Below, piece by piece: positions 41,055 through 58,002 of a DNA stretch of 64,000 nucleotides; the first letter of the stretch is position 1; each line of letters begins with the position of its first letter. The notes beneath the pieces were generated by a model. The model did no database searches. It was given only the letters and a program-made list of their open reading frames with translations, and was not told the origin of the DNA. Where the stretch lies: the NCBI RefSeq assembly GCF_009914755.1, contig NC_060945.1; one strand, 5' to 3'. Position numbers and translations under genes: made by a program. The stretch is from the human T2T-CHM13v2.0 reference genome, Homo sapiens.

Positions 41055-43259
41055 ACTACATTCGGTCTGTCGTGGCACTAGTCCAATAGCATTCCCAGGA
41101 CTTGTTCATGAGCCAGCTTCACTCAGGCAAGGCTTTTCCATGTTTTGGTTGCCCCCTTTGAACAAAGCAGTCAACTTAGTTACATTATTAATGAAAATAT
41201 CTGCACTTTTCCCCAAATATCAAACTGTGTGGTTCTTCTGAGATGCACACTGAAGAAATGAAGCAAATTCCTAGGTAATTCAAGCACAAACTGAATGGAA
41301 TCCTCAAATTTCAGGCAAAGGGAACACCTTAGCATGAATCACATAAAGTAGAACCTTGCAAGTGTAGACAGGCTTATGGCATCCTATGCCACCTATGTGA
41401 AGTAGGAAATGCAAAAGGAGACGAAAGCCATCACCCCAGAGAAGCAGCTCATTCACAGTACAACGATGAACTCCAAAGCCAAATGAAATAGCATTCCTAA
41501 GCTTCCCATGACACAAGATTTCCTATCATATTCCTTTGAGTACCAATGAGGTAAATTCTCCAGGAGAATAAAAGATGCAGGGGTTTGTGGAATGTGCTAT
41601 CCAGCAGTCCCACCCAGGGGCACTGGGACAGGACCCACAATGGGGCTGTCAGGCAAGCTCTCTGTCTGTCCAGAAAACAGGACCTCGGTGAGCATGGTTT
41701 TGGGGAATGATGTAGATGGTATAAATATCAACCAAGTCACATGACATCACTCCTCCCAGATCATTCTACTCCTCTCTCAGCACCCTGGCCTGTAGAGAAA
41801 GAAGAAAGAGTCGCAGGAGGAATGAGAATGTATGACAACTTTGAGGACAAGGAAAAAATACCCCAAATAAATGTATGATTGCATGTGGCCAAAAAAGAAC
41901 AAAAATGTTGAGAAGGTTTTGTCATGCATGGTAGGTAGGTTCCATTCATTTACCAGGGCAGGAAAAATGTAAGTCTCTATGATCCCCAGGAATGCTGCTT
42001 CTGAATTGAGCCCCTGGGAAATTTTCTGAAAGTGCTCCAGCACGTTGTTTCTCGATCAACTTAGTACGCCCAGTGGTGGTCTCTTTACCTCCCCCAGGAG
42101 ATCTACAAAGAATAGATAATAGCAATGTTTCACCCTGCCTCGTACCAGATGTGTGGCTGCAGGAAATTTGCATGATCTACCTAAGTCTTAGTTTTTCACG
42201 TTTGTAAAGTGGGACTGATAATACTTACTTCAGGGCACAGTTGTTGATTGATAGAGGGTGTGGGTGGGCTTGGCCTCCAGAGTATGTCATATATAAATCA
42301 GTCTTCATTTAGGGGATTTTTTTCTCCAGGATCAACTTTACTCTGTAATTCTCTTTGCTGTTGTCACCCTGCCCCACCCAGTCCGCCCAATTCTGCAAAT
42401 AATAGACTTTCTTTTTCTGACTCATGATAGAAAACTTGAGACATACAGGAAACTATGAAGAAGAAAACAAAAACCTATACTCCCACAATCCAAAGGAAAC
42501 ACCAGTAAAATTTTCTTAGGTATACTTCCAGTCTAAAAAAAATTTTACAGCTAAGCTCCCATTATTGATATAACTTTTAGGTTCTTTTCTTTTCCTATCA
42601 TTTTATTATGACAGTTTTCTCTTGTCACTATAACTTTTGTTTGTAATGTTATCTGCGGTTTTTGTGTGTGTGATTATAAAAATGATATACTTTGCCTGGA
42701 GGTCTTCTTGTTTCATGACAAGTAATGAAGCACCTATAATTGCCCAAACCCATGATGGCCAAGAGGAAGGGCCAGCTCCCAGGATAGGAACAATTATAAA
42801 ATGGGACTTGGGAAAACCTTTCTTGGTGAAGCCACGTGGCAAGTGTTTTAAGGGCTACATAAATGCAATCAGCAAAGACGCACCATCTGAGTTCCCACAC
42901 CAGCTCTGAGATGGGGCATGAATATAGACCTGTGAGTCATTGAGCCCTTGCTACAAAAAAAAAAAAAAAAGAGAGAGAGCGAGCTCTGGAAAAGCCATGT
43001 AGCCCACTAGGAAGCTGAAATGCCTGAAGTATAGCTAAAATGCAGTATTCCTGGTGTGCTTATGGTAGGTATGGTTCTGTTATACAGGAAAAAGTATAAT
43101 TTTAAGGAAAAGATGAAAGGAAAGCAAAGAACATGATCTGCAAGGGCTAGAAGTCTTCTGAATAAATAAGGACTTTAGAAACAGCCAATGGGATAAAATA
43201 TTCAGAATGTAGAAAATAATAGTCATGACCAAATTATTTCAGGATAATCCCTGAAAAAA

Positions 43260-44460
<1,201 letters not shown>

Positions 44461-45354
44461 GAAAATGGTTTCATGGAGTGTTTTGAGAAACACTTTTGAG
44501 TTTAAGAATTTCAGAAACCAGAATTTCCATTAGCCACAAAAGCAGTGTTGGAGAAGTGTGACTGTTGCTGCCTGGATTTCAGAACTATGAGACTGTCATT
44601 CATTGGTTGATCTTTATAGCACATGTGCTCAGATAGTACCATCCAAGGTTGGTCAGGGAGGGCTTAGAACTGGTTCTGGTGACTACATCATCCTCTGTTC
44701 AAATAATAATCATTTTCCCTTCTTGAACTGGAAACATGGAAAATTTGTATTTTCAGTATCCATCCATCTCTACCTCTTCCACATCTCCCCCACTTTCCTG
44801 TATTTCTATTAACTTCTCTTTCACATTGCTTTATATATTCTCTATTTTGTATCTATCTACCTTCCCTATTGACCTATTGACCCATCTATCTATCTATCTC
44901 TTACCTATCTACTTACCATCTTCCACTGATATCTAATTCTTTAATGTCTATGAGCCAATATTCTATATTTATCTTTCCATTCATCTATATCTATTTCATT
45001 ATTTCATCTCTATATTTCCACAATAATCTAAAAAGGTGTCTAGAACTTTTTATTATCATTCAGATTTCTACAGTGTTGATTCTGTACTTTATCTAAAGTG
45101 GGTTTTAATCCAACGTTTGCAACTTCTAGTTTCCTTGCAAATCCGCTGCATTTTCCCCACCTCTCACTTCATATTGGCCTGCATCTTAACCAGATATTCC
45201 TTTCCATTTTAGTCTGTTACGTTCTCACTTCACTTTTAAATTTTATGTTATGAAATTCATATTGTCATATCTTATATTGAGAACACAAAACAGATGCTTT
45301 GTAAAGTTTTCCTGCTGGTGATAAAATGTTTTATTTTAATATGCTTTATTTCTG

Positions 45355-45794
45355 TGCTATGTGTTGAACTATGACCCCTCCCACCCAATTCATGTGTTGA
45401 AATCCTACTGTCCTAATGTAACTCACAATGTGACCTTTTTTGGAGACAGAGCTGCAGATACAGTTAGTTAAGATGAGATCACATTGGAATCAGAGGGATC
45501 CCTAATCCAGTATGACCAGTGTCCTTATAAAAAGGGGAAATTGGAACACAGACACACAAACACGGAGAATGTCAGTTGAAGATGGCTGCCACAAGCCAAG
45601 GAACTTCCAGAAATGGCCCTTCTCTAGATCCTTCCAAGGGCACATGGCCCTGCTGACACCTCAATCTCAGACTTCTAACACCTCCTGAAGCCCTGGATGT
45701 TTCTGGACTACATCCAACTACAAGGCAATAAATATGTCTGTTATTTAAGCCACTCAGTTTGTGGTACTTTGTTAAGGCAGTCCTAGCAATATAC
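45355..45794 (+). mobile_element. MLT1C-like solo LTR
   Basis: 'cctaatccagtatgaccagtgtccttataaaaagggga' and 'ggccctgctgacacct'. Confidence 0.85.
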
Positions 45795-46580
45795 CCTGTG
45801 TCATCTTTTATGTTTTGAAATTTATGTACCTGGTGTTTTACTTGGTTGGTGCTCATTATTGACCGTCATGGTTCTGTCCCAGGTAGCAGTGATTGTGTCA
45901 GTAAACTAGGCTAGATTTTGTTATTGCTGTTGTTGTTTTACTGTCTACTAGGTATAAGGAATGTCCCCTCTCTGATCTAAAGACAAGGATGAACTGATGT
46001 CCATGTCTCCTGCTCCACACTCACATCCAGCATCCAGCAGTCACTTGATCTGTTATGGCTATGCTTCATTGAGAACATTCTTCGCCTCTACCCTGGGGCC
46101 TGATGACCTGAAAATGCCGATATTCTTAAATATTTTGGTTCAATGTGTTGTTATATTCCCTTTCTAATGCAATACATGAACATTACAACCTTCAGAATAG
46201 GTGGCTTCCAAGATGTTTTCCTTCCCAGACCATTTGTTTTCCCAACTTCACCCCTCCCTATACAACTCACACCACTTTTCATTTCTGCGCCAGGCTGGAT
46301 GCATTCCCAGGACCTGCAGTCTCATTAAAATTTGGAGATGTTTGGAAGGGTATGTCTCTCTGGGTGTGACATAACTAACTGTTCAGAATATCTCAAAATG
46401 CAACAGTCAGTTAGGATGCATTGGTACCTCCTTTGTCCCATGAAGGCCCTGAGACCCTGCAGGAGGTAGAGCCGTGATAGCAGGTGCAGTCTCTCACCTC
46501 CATTTCTTTATAGGCATGTGAATATTCCTCCTTAGGTCTGGCAACCATTCATACATAGTCCTACTTTTTAGTCTTGTTGA

Positions 46581-48025
<1,445 letters not shown>

Positions 48026-48236
48026 AAGAAAAATGCCATTTGTAAAAGCTGCATCACATTCCACCACACAGACATACCCTGTGATTTTTATTTATTCCCC
48101 TATTGCTACACTTCACTTTCTTTATATATTTTCTCTACAAAGAACATCGCTACAAACAAAGTCTTGCCCACACTGCAGAGTATGTCCTGAGAACAGATTT
48201 CTAACTTTGTAATTAGTGAGAAAAAGACATGATTGC

Positions 48237-48534
<298 letters not shown>

Positions 48535-48699
48535 AGGATTCTTAAAATATACTGGCAAAGTGTTTTTGAGACATCCTTCCCAGTTAAAGTTCTTACCAAC
48601 AGTTTGTCAAAGTGCCCATTTCACTTGATTTTTGATAACATGATTGAATTATTTTTCTGATCATATTATATTTGAAAAATAACATTTAAAGAGACAAAT

Positions 48700-49575
48700 A
48701 TGTGGGAGTGGGTATAAGAAAGATCGAAGCGTGCAGACTCTGTGCCTTCCAGAAGTTTATATCCCATTTGGAGGAAACGTTGGTACTGCAGATGCCTTGA
48801 AGAAGCCAAAGTAAGAAGACAAAGGCTGACCTTCAGAGGTGGCTAGGCAGGACCTCTCTGGGAATATAACATCTGAGCCCAGGCCGGAGTGGGGAGCCTT
48901 ATCTCAGGGAAGAACTTCTTCAGCAGGGGAAGCACCAATGCCAAAGCCTAAGGCCAGTACGAGTTGGTGAGCCTGAGATAAAGAATGCCTGTGAGGCCCC
49001 AGTGCAGGGAGCAGACGCACAGGGACTTGTGGAGAGCTTAGATTTTAATTACAAGGAGCCACGTTGGGAGAATTTTGTTTAACAGAGGGATAAGGCGAGG
49101 ACTAAAGGAGATTCCATTTATAAAAATAAGCCTACTTATGAAGGAGAAAATAGACAGTGAGGACTAAAGGAGATTCCATTTATAAAAATAAGCCTACTTA
49201 TGAAGGAGAAAATAGACAGTCAGGGCACGAATGGAGCCCGGGAGCCTGCTGGGAGGTTGCAACACAGTCCAGAAAAGTGATGAAGGTGTAGGATTGACTC
49301 ATTAAGATGCGGAGAAGTTGTCAGATGCAGGATACATTTTGGAAGTAATTGATGGAAACTGGCTTATAGGAAACAGAGGCTGAGGTTACTGACCTCCGCC
49401 ACTGATGGGAAAGACTGAATGGGGCCAGGAACATTAATATTTCTATTGCAGCAATGGAATAAATGGGGACCCATGCTGAAAATGTAGATGTAAGAGTCAT
49501 CTCTATAATCTGGAATCTTAGCAGAGGAAGCAGAATCTCAAGGAGGGCAGAGAAAATGGCTTTGCCCAGAGCCCC
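48700..49575 (-). mobile_element. L2 relic
   Basis: 'acatctgagccc...cagcaggggaagcacc...tgccaaagcctaagg'. Confidence 0.65.
49097..49220. repeat. Perfect 62-bp tandem duplication
   Basis: 49097-49158 is identical to 49159-49220. Confidence 0.97.
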
Positions 49576-49584
49576 TCACACAGC

Positions 49585-49763
49585 ATGGGCAGATAAAATA
49601 CAGAAAAATCCATTAAATTTGAATGAATCAACCAGGTATAATTTCTTAGAATAAGTATTTCTTGTGCAATATTTGGAACATACTTATGTTAAAAAATTAT
49701 TGTTTATCTGAAATTAAAATTTGACCGGAGGCCCTGTGTTATTTGCTGTATCTGGAATCCCTG
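49585..49763. mobile_element. MER53 palindromic MITE
   Basis: 'cagataaaatacag...taaatttgaat ... tttatctgaaattaaaatttgac...tatttgctgtatctggaatccct'. Confidence 0.8.
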
Positions 49764-49849
49764 CGTGGGACATTCCAATAATCCTGGTGGAGGAGGATTT
49801 GGTTAAGAAGAATCAAATGGAGCATTTGTATAACTGGAAGAAAAACAGG

Positions 49850-50243
49850 TGCAATGAATGGTTAGTTTTATTTGTCAACTTGGCTGGGCCACAGTGTCCA
49901 GATATTTGGTCAAACATTATTCTGGATGTTTCTGTGAGGGTGTTTTCGGATGAAAATTAACATTTGAATCAATAGACTTCGAATAAAACTAATTGCTTTC
50001 CCTAAGGTGGGTGGGCCTCATTTAATCAGTTGAAAGTCTGAATAGAACAAAGACTGATCTCCCCTGGGCAGGAAGGAATTCTGCAGCTGAGACCTCTGGA
50101 CTTTGAACTGTAGCATCAGCTCTTCTCTGGGTCTCCAGCCTGCCAGCCCACCCTGAAGATCTTGGACTTACCAGCCTCTACAATCACATGAGGCAATTCA
50201 TTAAAAATCTCCCTCTCTTTCTCTCTGTTTCTCTCTCTCTCTA

Positions 50244-50291
<48 letters not shown>

Positions 50292-50331
50292 CCTGTTGAT
50301 TCTGCTTCTCTGGAGAACACTGACAAATACA
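49850..50331 (+). mobile_element. MLT2D-like ERVL solo LTR with internal (CT)n(CA)n
   Basis: 'gtcaacttggctgggccac...cagatatttggtcaaacattattctggatgtttctgtgaggg'; acagg/ccagg flanks. Confidence 0.88.
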
Positions 50332-50619
50332 CCAGGAGTGTGAGGTGTCCCAGGAAGGCAGAAGTCAAAGAGCTTTGGGGCAAGGGAGAACTGACTTGGC
50401 AAATATAGTCCACTGGTGAGCTTAACCTAACTTGTGGCATCTTATCATTTTATTTATATTTATTTAATCAGGTGTGGGATTCCCTACTTTTTCTTAATGA
50501 TTACCCATTTCTAAGTTCTTTATAACTACAGCCTTGAAGCATGGAGTAGGGCCTTTCTTTTCTGACATGAATATCAGCGATTTACTTTTGGCGGATGCTT
50601 TTGGTGGCCCACGTGGCAA

Positions 50620-50840
50620 ATAAATATAATTCCAGGTGGTGGTAAGTGCTGTGATAAAAGGCAAAATAGCAGAAAAGGGAGAAGCTGGAGCTGCTGTTGT
50701 CAACACGGTGGTCAGTGAGGAGAGGACATCAGAGCAGAGACCTGAATAAAGTCGGGGGAAGAGTGAAGCCAGTATCTGGGGGGAGATCATTGCAGACATA
50801 GGAAACAGCCCATGCAGAGGCCCTGGGTGGGAACACGCGG
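50620..50840 (-). mobile_element. L2 fragment
   Basis: 'ggtggtggtaagtgctgtga...gagcagagacctgaa...tgcagaggccctg'. Confidence 0.65.
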
Positions 50841-52275
50841 TGGTTGGTCTTCCCACTGGGCACAGGCAGCAAACTGCTATCAGAGAACTTGGGAGTCAGA
50901 GTTGGGTACGTTCTTGTCCCAACCCTGCCATTCACCAGCTGCTTCACGTGGAACAATTTCCTTCTCTTCTTTCAGTGTCAGCTTCTTGATCGGAGAAGCA
51001 AATCAGGTGGATAAGTAATTCCTTATGGTCCTGGTTATCCTTCACATTTAAAGGCAGAGAAGTGTTGTCGTCATTTTCTTTCCAGCAGAGTGTTATTTTC
51101 AGTGACTGCAGTTTTGCATTTCCTATATCTGCCTATTTTGAGTTCACATTCTAACGTGTGTAGAAATCTTTTGTTTAGAGATTTAACATTGGAAGGCATC
51201 TTTGGAGTGATGGAGCGTGTTTCATCTGTGATGAATGAAAAAGCTTCCTGTCCTCCTATCTTGCTGGAGTTGTGTTTTCACACATCCTGTGAAGGGCAAG
51301 ACCCAGTGGGACACTGTTTTCCCAGAGAAATGATTAGACTACAAGAAAAAACCAGAGCCATATAATTTATGGCACCATGTTAACAGTGAGCATAGTCAAC
51401 ACGCAAAGCCGACTCCGCCAGATAAGGAGTTGCTTTGGAAACTGGCCCTGCGCAAATCACAGACGTAGCAGTGGCACATGGATGGGGACCACATTCTCTT
51501 GTGTCATTAACTAATAAAGAGCTCGCAGAGGAAAAGCAAATATCCCAGTTCTTTCTAATGACTGCTACTCAAAATAAAAGAATACTTTTGTTTTGTTCTA
51601 TTGTTGAATTTGCTAGAATACTGCAAATTCTGTTGAATTTGCTAGAATACTTTTTATTTCACCAAGCCTAAAAAATAAGGAAAATTGGCACCAAAGGAAG
51701 TTTCTCACAAACTTATCTTTTTCAGGACAAAGAAGTAATTCAATCAGATGGAGAACAATATGCAAATTCTTAATAAGTGAAAAAGATCATTCATACCCTG
51801 GGCCCAGCAGGACAGACAGAGGTACAGATGGGAGCAGTCTCCCTTTTCTCTGAGCTAAAAGGCCTGAAGTTATCTGCATCCAAAACCTGGGTATTATGGC
51901 TAAGGGAAGGAAATGACCTTTTCAGGTTTCCTCCAGTCTGTTTGCAGGCCTATGGTAAAGACCAGGGTGGGCTGGTGGATTCTCAGGCAAGCTCCCCCTG
52001 AAACTGTGGGGAGGTGATTAAAGGATTAAAATTTGCATGCAAAGCAATAGATATTCAAACCCTTCCTACCCGCCCCCCACCCTCAATGTAACAGAGAAGA
52101 TAAAAGCTGTTTCCTTTCAAAGCTTCAGGTTAAAGATGGAAGAATTAGCCAATATGTAATTGTATAGCGGGGCACTCAGAAAGGGCTGAGAGGAGAGAAG
52201 GCAATGATATCCAAATAGCAATCTGTGCTTAGAAAAAAAATTAACCTCTGAAAAGGGAGAAATGTCATTGTCTAA

Positions 52276-52521
52276 GGTGGTTCTCTAAATGGGGGTGGGG
52301 GGAGACTGATGATTCTTACGCCTTCCCAGAGGACACCTGGCAACAGTACAACTGGGGGTGGGAGGTAGGGGTGCTACTGGCCTCTAGTGGGTACAAGGTA
52401 GAGGGGATGTTAATGCATAAGGCAGCCTCCCGCAGCAAAGAATGAGCCAGCCCCAGTTGGCAGACATTGAGATGGAGAGACTGAGAAAGGTTGAGAAGCT
52501 GTGGTCTACGGAGAAACCCTG
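52276..52521 (+). mobile_element. MER20
   Basis: 'gtggttctc...gtgctactggcctctagtgggt...caaagaat...gagaaaccctg'. Confidence 0.8.
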
Positions 52522-53659
52522 GTCTAAGGACCTATTCTGGTATTTATTCAGTCTATCTGCTCAGGATGTTTCCCGGCCCATCTTGACTATTCCCAAGGAA
52601 CCTCAACCCAACTCTTAAAGTGAAGCCCCAGGGTTTGCCTTGTTCAGCCTTAGTGCCTGGAACCTCTCGGCCTATGAAAGCCTTATACCCGGGGAAGCGA
52701 TTGGAAAGAGGAATCCCTGTCCAGGGCTAATTGATTCCCCCAAGAACTGTGTATCTGCTCTCTTTGCGGTCAAGGAGAGAGGATTTATGAGACACATTAA
52801 AACCTATCTATGTCTTTCTTTGTAAATAAACTGTTTAGAGTTCTCAGATTTCGATCTAAATAGTTACAAACTTTATCAGGCTTTGCTGTAGTGTTGTTCA
52901 AAATAAGATCCTGCAATTATCACTCAATTGCTGCCTTGGAACTGAGACAGGCAGGCGCCGTGGGCACGGCCCAGGACGGCACACTGCTTGGAGATACAGG
53001 TCAGGGAGATGCTTCCACTCCATGTTTCCAAGAGAGCACAGGACATTCTTTGTAACGCACGTCTGTGTGTCCTGGGAGGGTGGATGAGGAGCCATCTGAA
53101 CTGTCTGCTTCAAATTTATAAGAGCCTTTTTGAAAAGGAGACTGTCAGGGGCTTGCAGCCCTGGTACTGCCTCTGTCAGCTGCAGGGAAGACAACAGACT
53201 GTTCACACCTGTGTGCTCCGGGAACCAGGGGATGACATGCCACCACTTGCTCAACTTGGGACGACTGGTACGAGGGAGTCTATAAAAAGACTTGGTCTTC
53301 TAATTACTTTAATTCATTTTTTTAAAAGCATAGCTGTACTTCAATTTAGCAACCATATTCCTAAAAATGTTAGGCCATACAAGCAAACATTTTTGTCCTT
53401 TTTTCCATGATCACTCCCATAAAAAAAAAAAACACCTTTTGGGCATTTTTCTGATTGCTTCTCCACCTCCTTGAAATTTTGATATGATACACTGTGTATC
53501 TGGTTATGTATAATGGTCCTTAGGAAGGCCACACACCTTCACAGTAGCTAGGATCTCACCTTGGGGGCAATACCAGTCTCTTTGAGCATGGCTGTGCTAC
53601 ACTGCATCTGCCCATTTGATTTGACATTGACAGTAGCCACTATCAAAAAGTATTCAAGA

Positions 53660-54062
<403 letters not shown>

Positions 54063-55844
54063 CTAGATAATCAATTAATGTCTGCAGACATTTGTAGCCT
54101 TTTCTATGAATGGACTTATTTATAAAACTGATTTATACAACATCCATTGTTTAAACTTACTTTTTATGTATGCTTGGAACAATCTTTCATGTAATTACAT
54201 AAATTTTGGACATCTTTTTTATAGATGTGTAATATGCCATGCTAAGTATGTAGGTTATCAGATTTAAAGAACTAGTTTTGTTGGCTATTTAGGCTAATTC
54301 TGATGTGTCTCTATTAGAAAATGCTGCAGAGAACAGATGCAGCTCATCTTCATGATTTTCCGGATGCATTCATATTGTAAGATGCTAGGAATTCTTTTGC
54401 CTTTTAATTAAAATGTACCAGCACTTAAATGATCCATTATAAGTAAAAAATCTCCCAATAGATTAAATAAAGCAAAATAGTAACAGATCTTTGCATGTCT
54501 GTGTCTGTCTGTGTGCAACTTAGACTTTAATTTGTTATTTAGCTTAAGGCAATGTGTTCCTAAATGCTACTCTAAGAACTTGTACTTACCACCCCTTCCA
54601 CCAAACACAGACACCTTCCAGAGGACCCTTGCCCTCCAATGAGATCTCTATTGTCTTATATTAATTTAACCCTGCTGTTCTAGGTATATCAGAAGTCCCA
54701 TAGAGTAGGCCTGTTTTAATTTCCCAAGGGACCACATAAAACATTGTACCTGGTGTGCTCAAGTTCAGTGAATTACTATCAGGACTTCTTGGAGTCTTCT
54801 CTCCCCTAAGATGCCCCAGTTTCCATGTTGTTGGCACATGGCCAGGTGCAGTATCCCCTCCAAACCTATGACTGGATCACTGATTGGAATTCTCCCTGGG
54901 GGGCTGCCCCTTCCTTCACATTCTCAGCTCCATGCCCCGCCACCCCCTCCTCAAGTAAACAGCTCTTGAGATTTGACCCAGGAAAAGTCAAGTCCAACAG
55001 AAACTCCCAGAACATTATACCCCGGCCCCATTTGTTTTGAAAATAGTATCGAAGCTTACAATTGCAAACATACAAGTGCTTAATTATTGCTCAGTATCCA
55101 TTTTATTTCTAGATATTCATTGAATTCCATTCAAATGTCGATATTAGCAATATTAAAAATAGATGGCTGCAATTTTTCTACTGATTATATAAAGACAGAC
55201 ACTTTAGGTAATGGTCACATATGACATGATTAAATTGTTTTGCTGTCATTGTGTTAATTGTGTGCCAAAGTTAAACATATTCATCTGCAAATTCAAATCT
55301 GCCTGGATATTACCAGTAATTATGGCAGTAGCAGTCAAATAAGTGTCCTCATGTGGTCGAGAGAGTGTTTGAGGCTATGGTAAATATCATAAAAATATCA
55401 TAGTCTATCATGTGTTTGAAATACTATCCTCTGATAAATGACTACTTTTTAATACCTGTTTGTTTTCCTGTGTATGAGGCAAATGGAAAGGAAAATACTT
55501 TTTGAATGAGCTTGTTCATTGACTTCAGAAATGGTGGAAACCTTTGCAGTGTCTGCATCCCCCTGCTCTGTACTCAGCATGGGGCAGCCACCGAGGGCTC
55601 CCAGCCCCTCACCCAGAGATACTGGAAGTACCACAAAAGTTGAGAAGCAGCTGGTGTTTGGCAGGTGAGGCAGAGGATATTATTGTTATTGATTATTGTA
55701 TCCTGATTATTATCCTTCATGCCATCTTCCTGGTAAGGAGGCCCTTAGACAGGTAAGAGCCCATAAGAGTAGTCAATTTTGATCTTCGTGTTCATCTCTG
55801 TGATTTTCTTTCTTAATCTATAAAAAATATCTTTGTTGAAGAAG

Positions 55845-56223
55845 TGGTTATGTACCAAATGTTTGTGTCCCCCCAAAATTCACATGTTGAAGCACTAACC
55901 CTCAAAGTGACTGTACTAGGAGAAAGGGCCTTTACAGAGGTAATTAAGGTTAAGTGGACTCATAAGGGCAGGGCTTGATCCAATAGGATCAGTGTCCTTA
56001 TAAGAAGAGACAGGAGAGTGCTCAAGCACTCTCTTCACCATGTGAGGACATAGCAGGAAGGCAGCAGTCCACAAGCCAGGAAGAGAGCCCTGACCAGGAA
56101 CCAAATTGGCTAGCACCTTGATCTTGGACTTCCAGCCTTCAGACCTGGGAGAAAATAAGTTTCAGTCATTTAAGTGAGCCAGTCTATGGTATTATGTTGT
56201 CGCAGCCCAAGCTGATGAATACA
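55845..56223 (+). mobile_element. MLT1A-type solo LTR
   Basis: 'gtccccccaaaattcacatgttgaag...caccttgatcttggacttccagcc'. Confidence 0.88.
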
Positions 56224-56348
56224 GAAGGAAATGAAAATAATGGGGATTCTGGCTTAGCTTTGGCACCTGGATTGTCTGTCACCTGTAGATCTATTGAGCA
56301 TCCAGCTAAACATTTTGAACCTCCCTGGGTACCTGAGTCTGTGACCAG

Positions 56349-56828
56349 TGTTGGAGACTCAAAGATCTGTAAGACACAGTTCTCATCGTTGATAACCTAC
56401 AGGTCACATTTGACAGGCTTCCATCAGGGAGGTCTTGTGATTCATGGCCACATCCTGTCCCCGAGTAAAGAACCTTACTGTGAGTTCCTCAAATTGTTGA
56501 TGTACTGATTAATGCACAACCTACTGACATTGAAAAGGACACTGATTTGTTTCTGAATCATGAAGTTTTGCTGATTTGTCTCTGAATCATAAAGTTTTAC
56601 TGATTGTCTTACATGTCCACATTTTAGCCTGTATGTTGCAAGCTGAAGCCAATGATTAAAACCTCTGCATTGCACCTTAACCAAAAGGATAACTCTATAG
56701 AAGGAGTGGCTCCCTTCCTTCTCAACATTCCTCTAAAAGCCTTCCTACCTGTAACAGACCCTAGAACATGCTGGACTTTGTCAGTGTGTCTTCCCTGGTC
56801 CATCCTCACACTTGATTTCCAATAAACC
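56349..56828 (+). mobile_element. MER34-like ERV1 LTR
   Basis: 'gtgtgtcttccctggtccatcctcacacttgatttccaataaacc'. Confidence 0.6.
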
Positions 56829-57000
56829 TGTGGGGTCCTGATAAGAGTAAGATTAAGATTAGATTAAGATAAGATGAATCTCACTTGGGAGAGAGCCCCA
56901 GGTGGGGAAGAACAATAAGCCATTGTTCTGAGAGCCAGCCAATCACAGACAACCTACAGACATACAATGACCTTATTCCACCTATAGTCCCCTCCAGCTC
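56829..57000 (+). mobile_element. LTR47-like LTR 5' fragment
   Basis: 'tgtggggtcctgataag...ccccaggtggggaagaacaat...attgttctgagag'. Confidence 0.5.
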
Positions 57001-57566
57001 TGCTGACACCTTGATCTTGGAAGAACCACCTACCAACATGGGTGAAGGCAGAGGACAGGACCTTCCTTTGGGGCAATTGCTCTGGTGCCTCTGTTCAGGG
57101 GAGGTGTCACATTCTAAATAGCTGAGCATGGGCAGGAAGCACGGCAAGAGTGCCCAGGTAAAGGACAAGTGTCTAGATCTAAGGACACAGTTTCCCAATG
57201 AGCTTATATCCCAGGACATCGGTTTTGAATCCAAAACTGGGACTCAGGGTGTGGGAGACATTAGGGAGAAAATGAGACTTTTGAGAGTAATGCCCGGGAA
57301 CACCCAATGAGTAGCTGAGCCAGAAAGCTGCAGATTTGTATGGATATCACCAAACATCAAGCAAAAGGCTTTTCCTCTCTGAAGACCAAAATGACCAATC
57401 ATAGTGATCAGCCTTGAAAACAAATTAGAAAAGGCTGTGCTTGGGAAGCTGGGAGGTACAATGATATTTTAGTGCCTTAAATGTGAGTCGGGGTAGAGAC
57501 AAGATTCTCTGAGTTGAGTCTATGTTATTCCTCTGAGGCTTGTTGACCAAGGGAAAGTTAGAAAGT

Positions 57567-57616
<50 letters not shown>

Positions 57617-57654
57617 AAAGTTTTGCTACAACTGGACTACAGTCCAGAGGGGAG

Positions 57655-57685
<31 letters not shown>

Positions 57686-57826
57686 TATATATATATTATA
57701 TATATAATATATTATATATATATATAATATATTATATATATATTATATATATAATATATTATATAATATATTATATATATAATATATTATATATATATTA
57801 TATATATAATATATTATATAATATAT

Positions 57827-57871
<45 letters not shown>

Positions 57872-57957
57872 GGGGTGTGTGTGTGTATGTGTGTGCATAT
57901 GTTTTAAAGTTTTGCTACAACTGGACTACAGTCCAGAGGGGAGATATATACATATAG

Positions 57958-58002
<45 letters not shown>

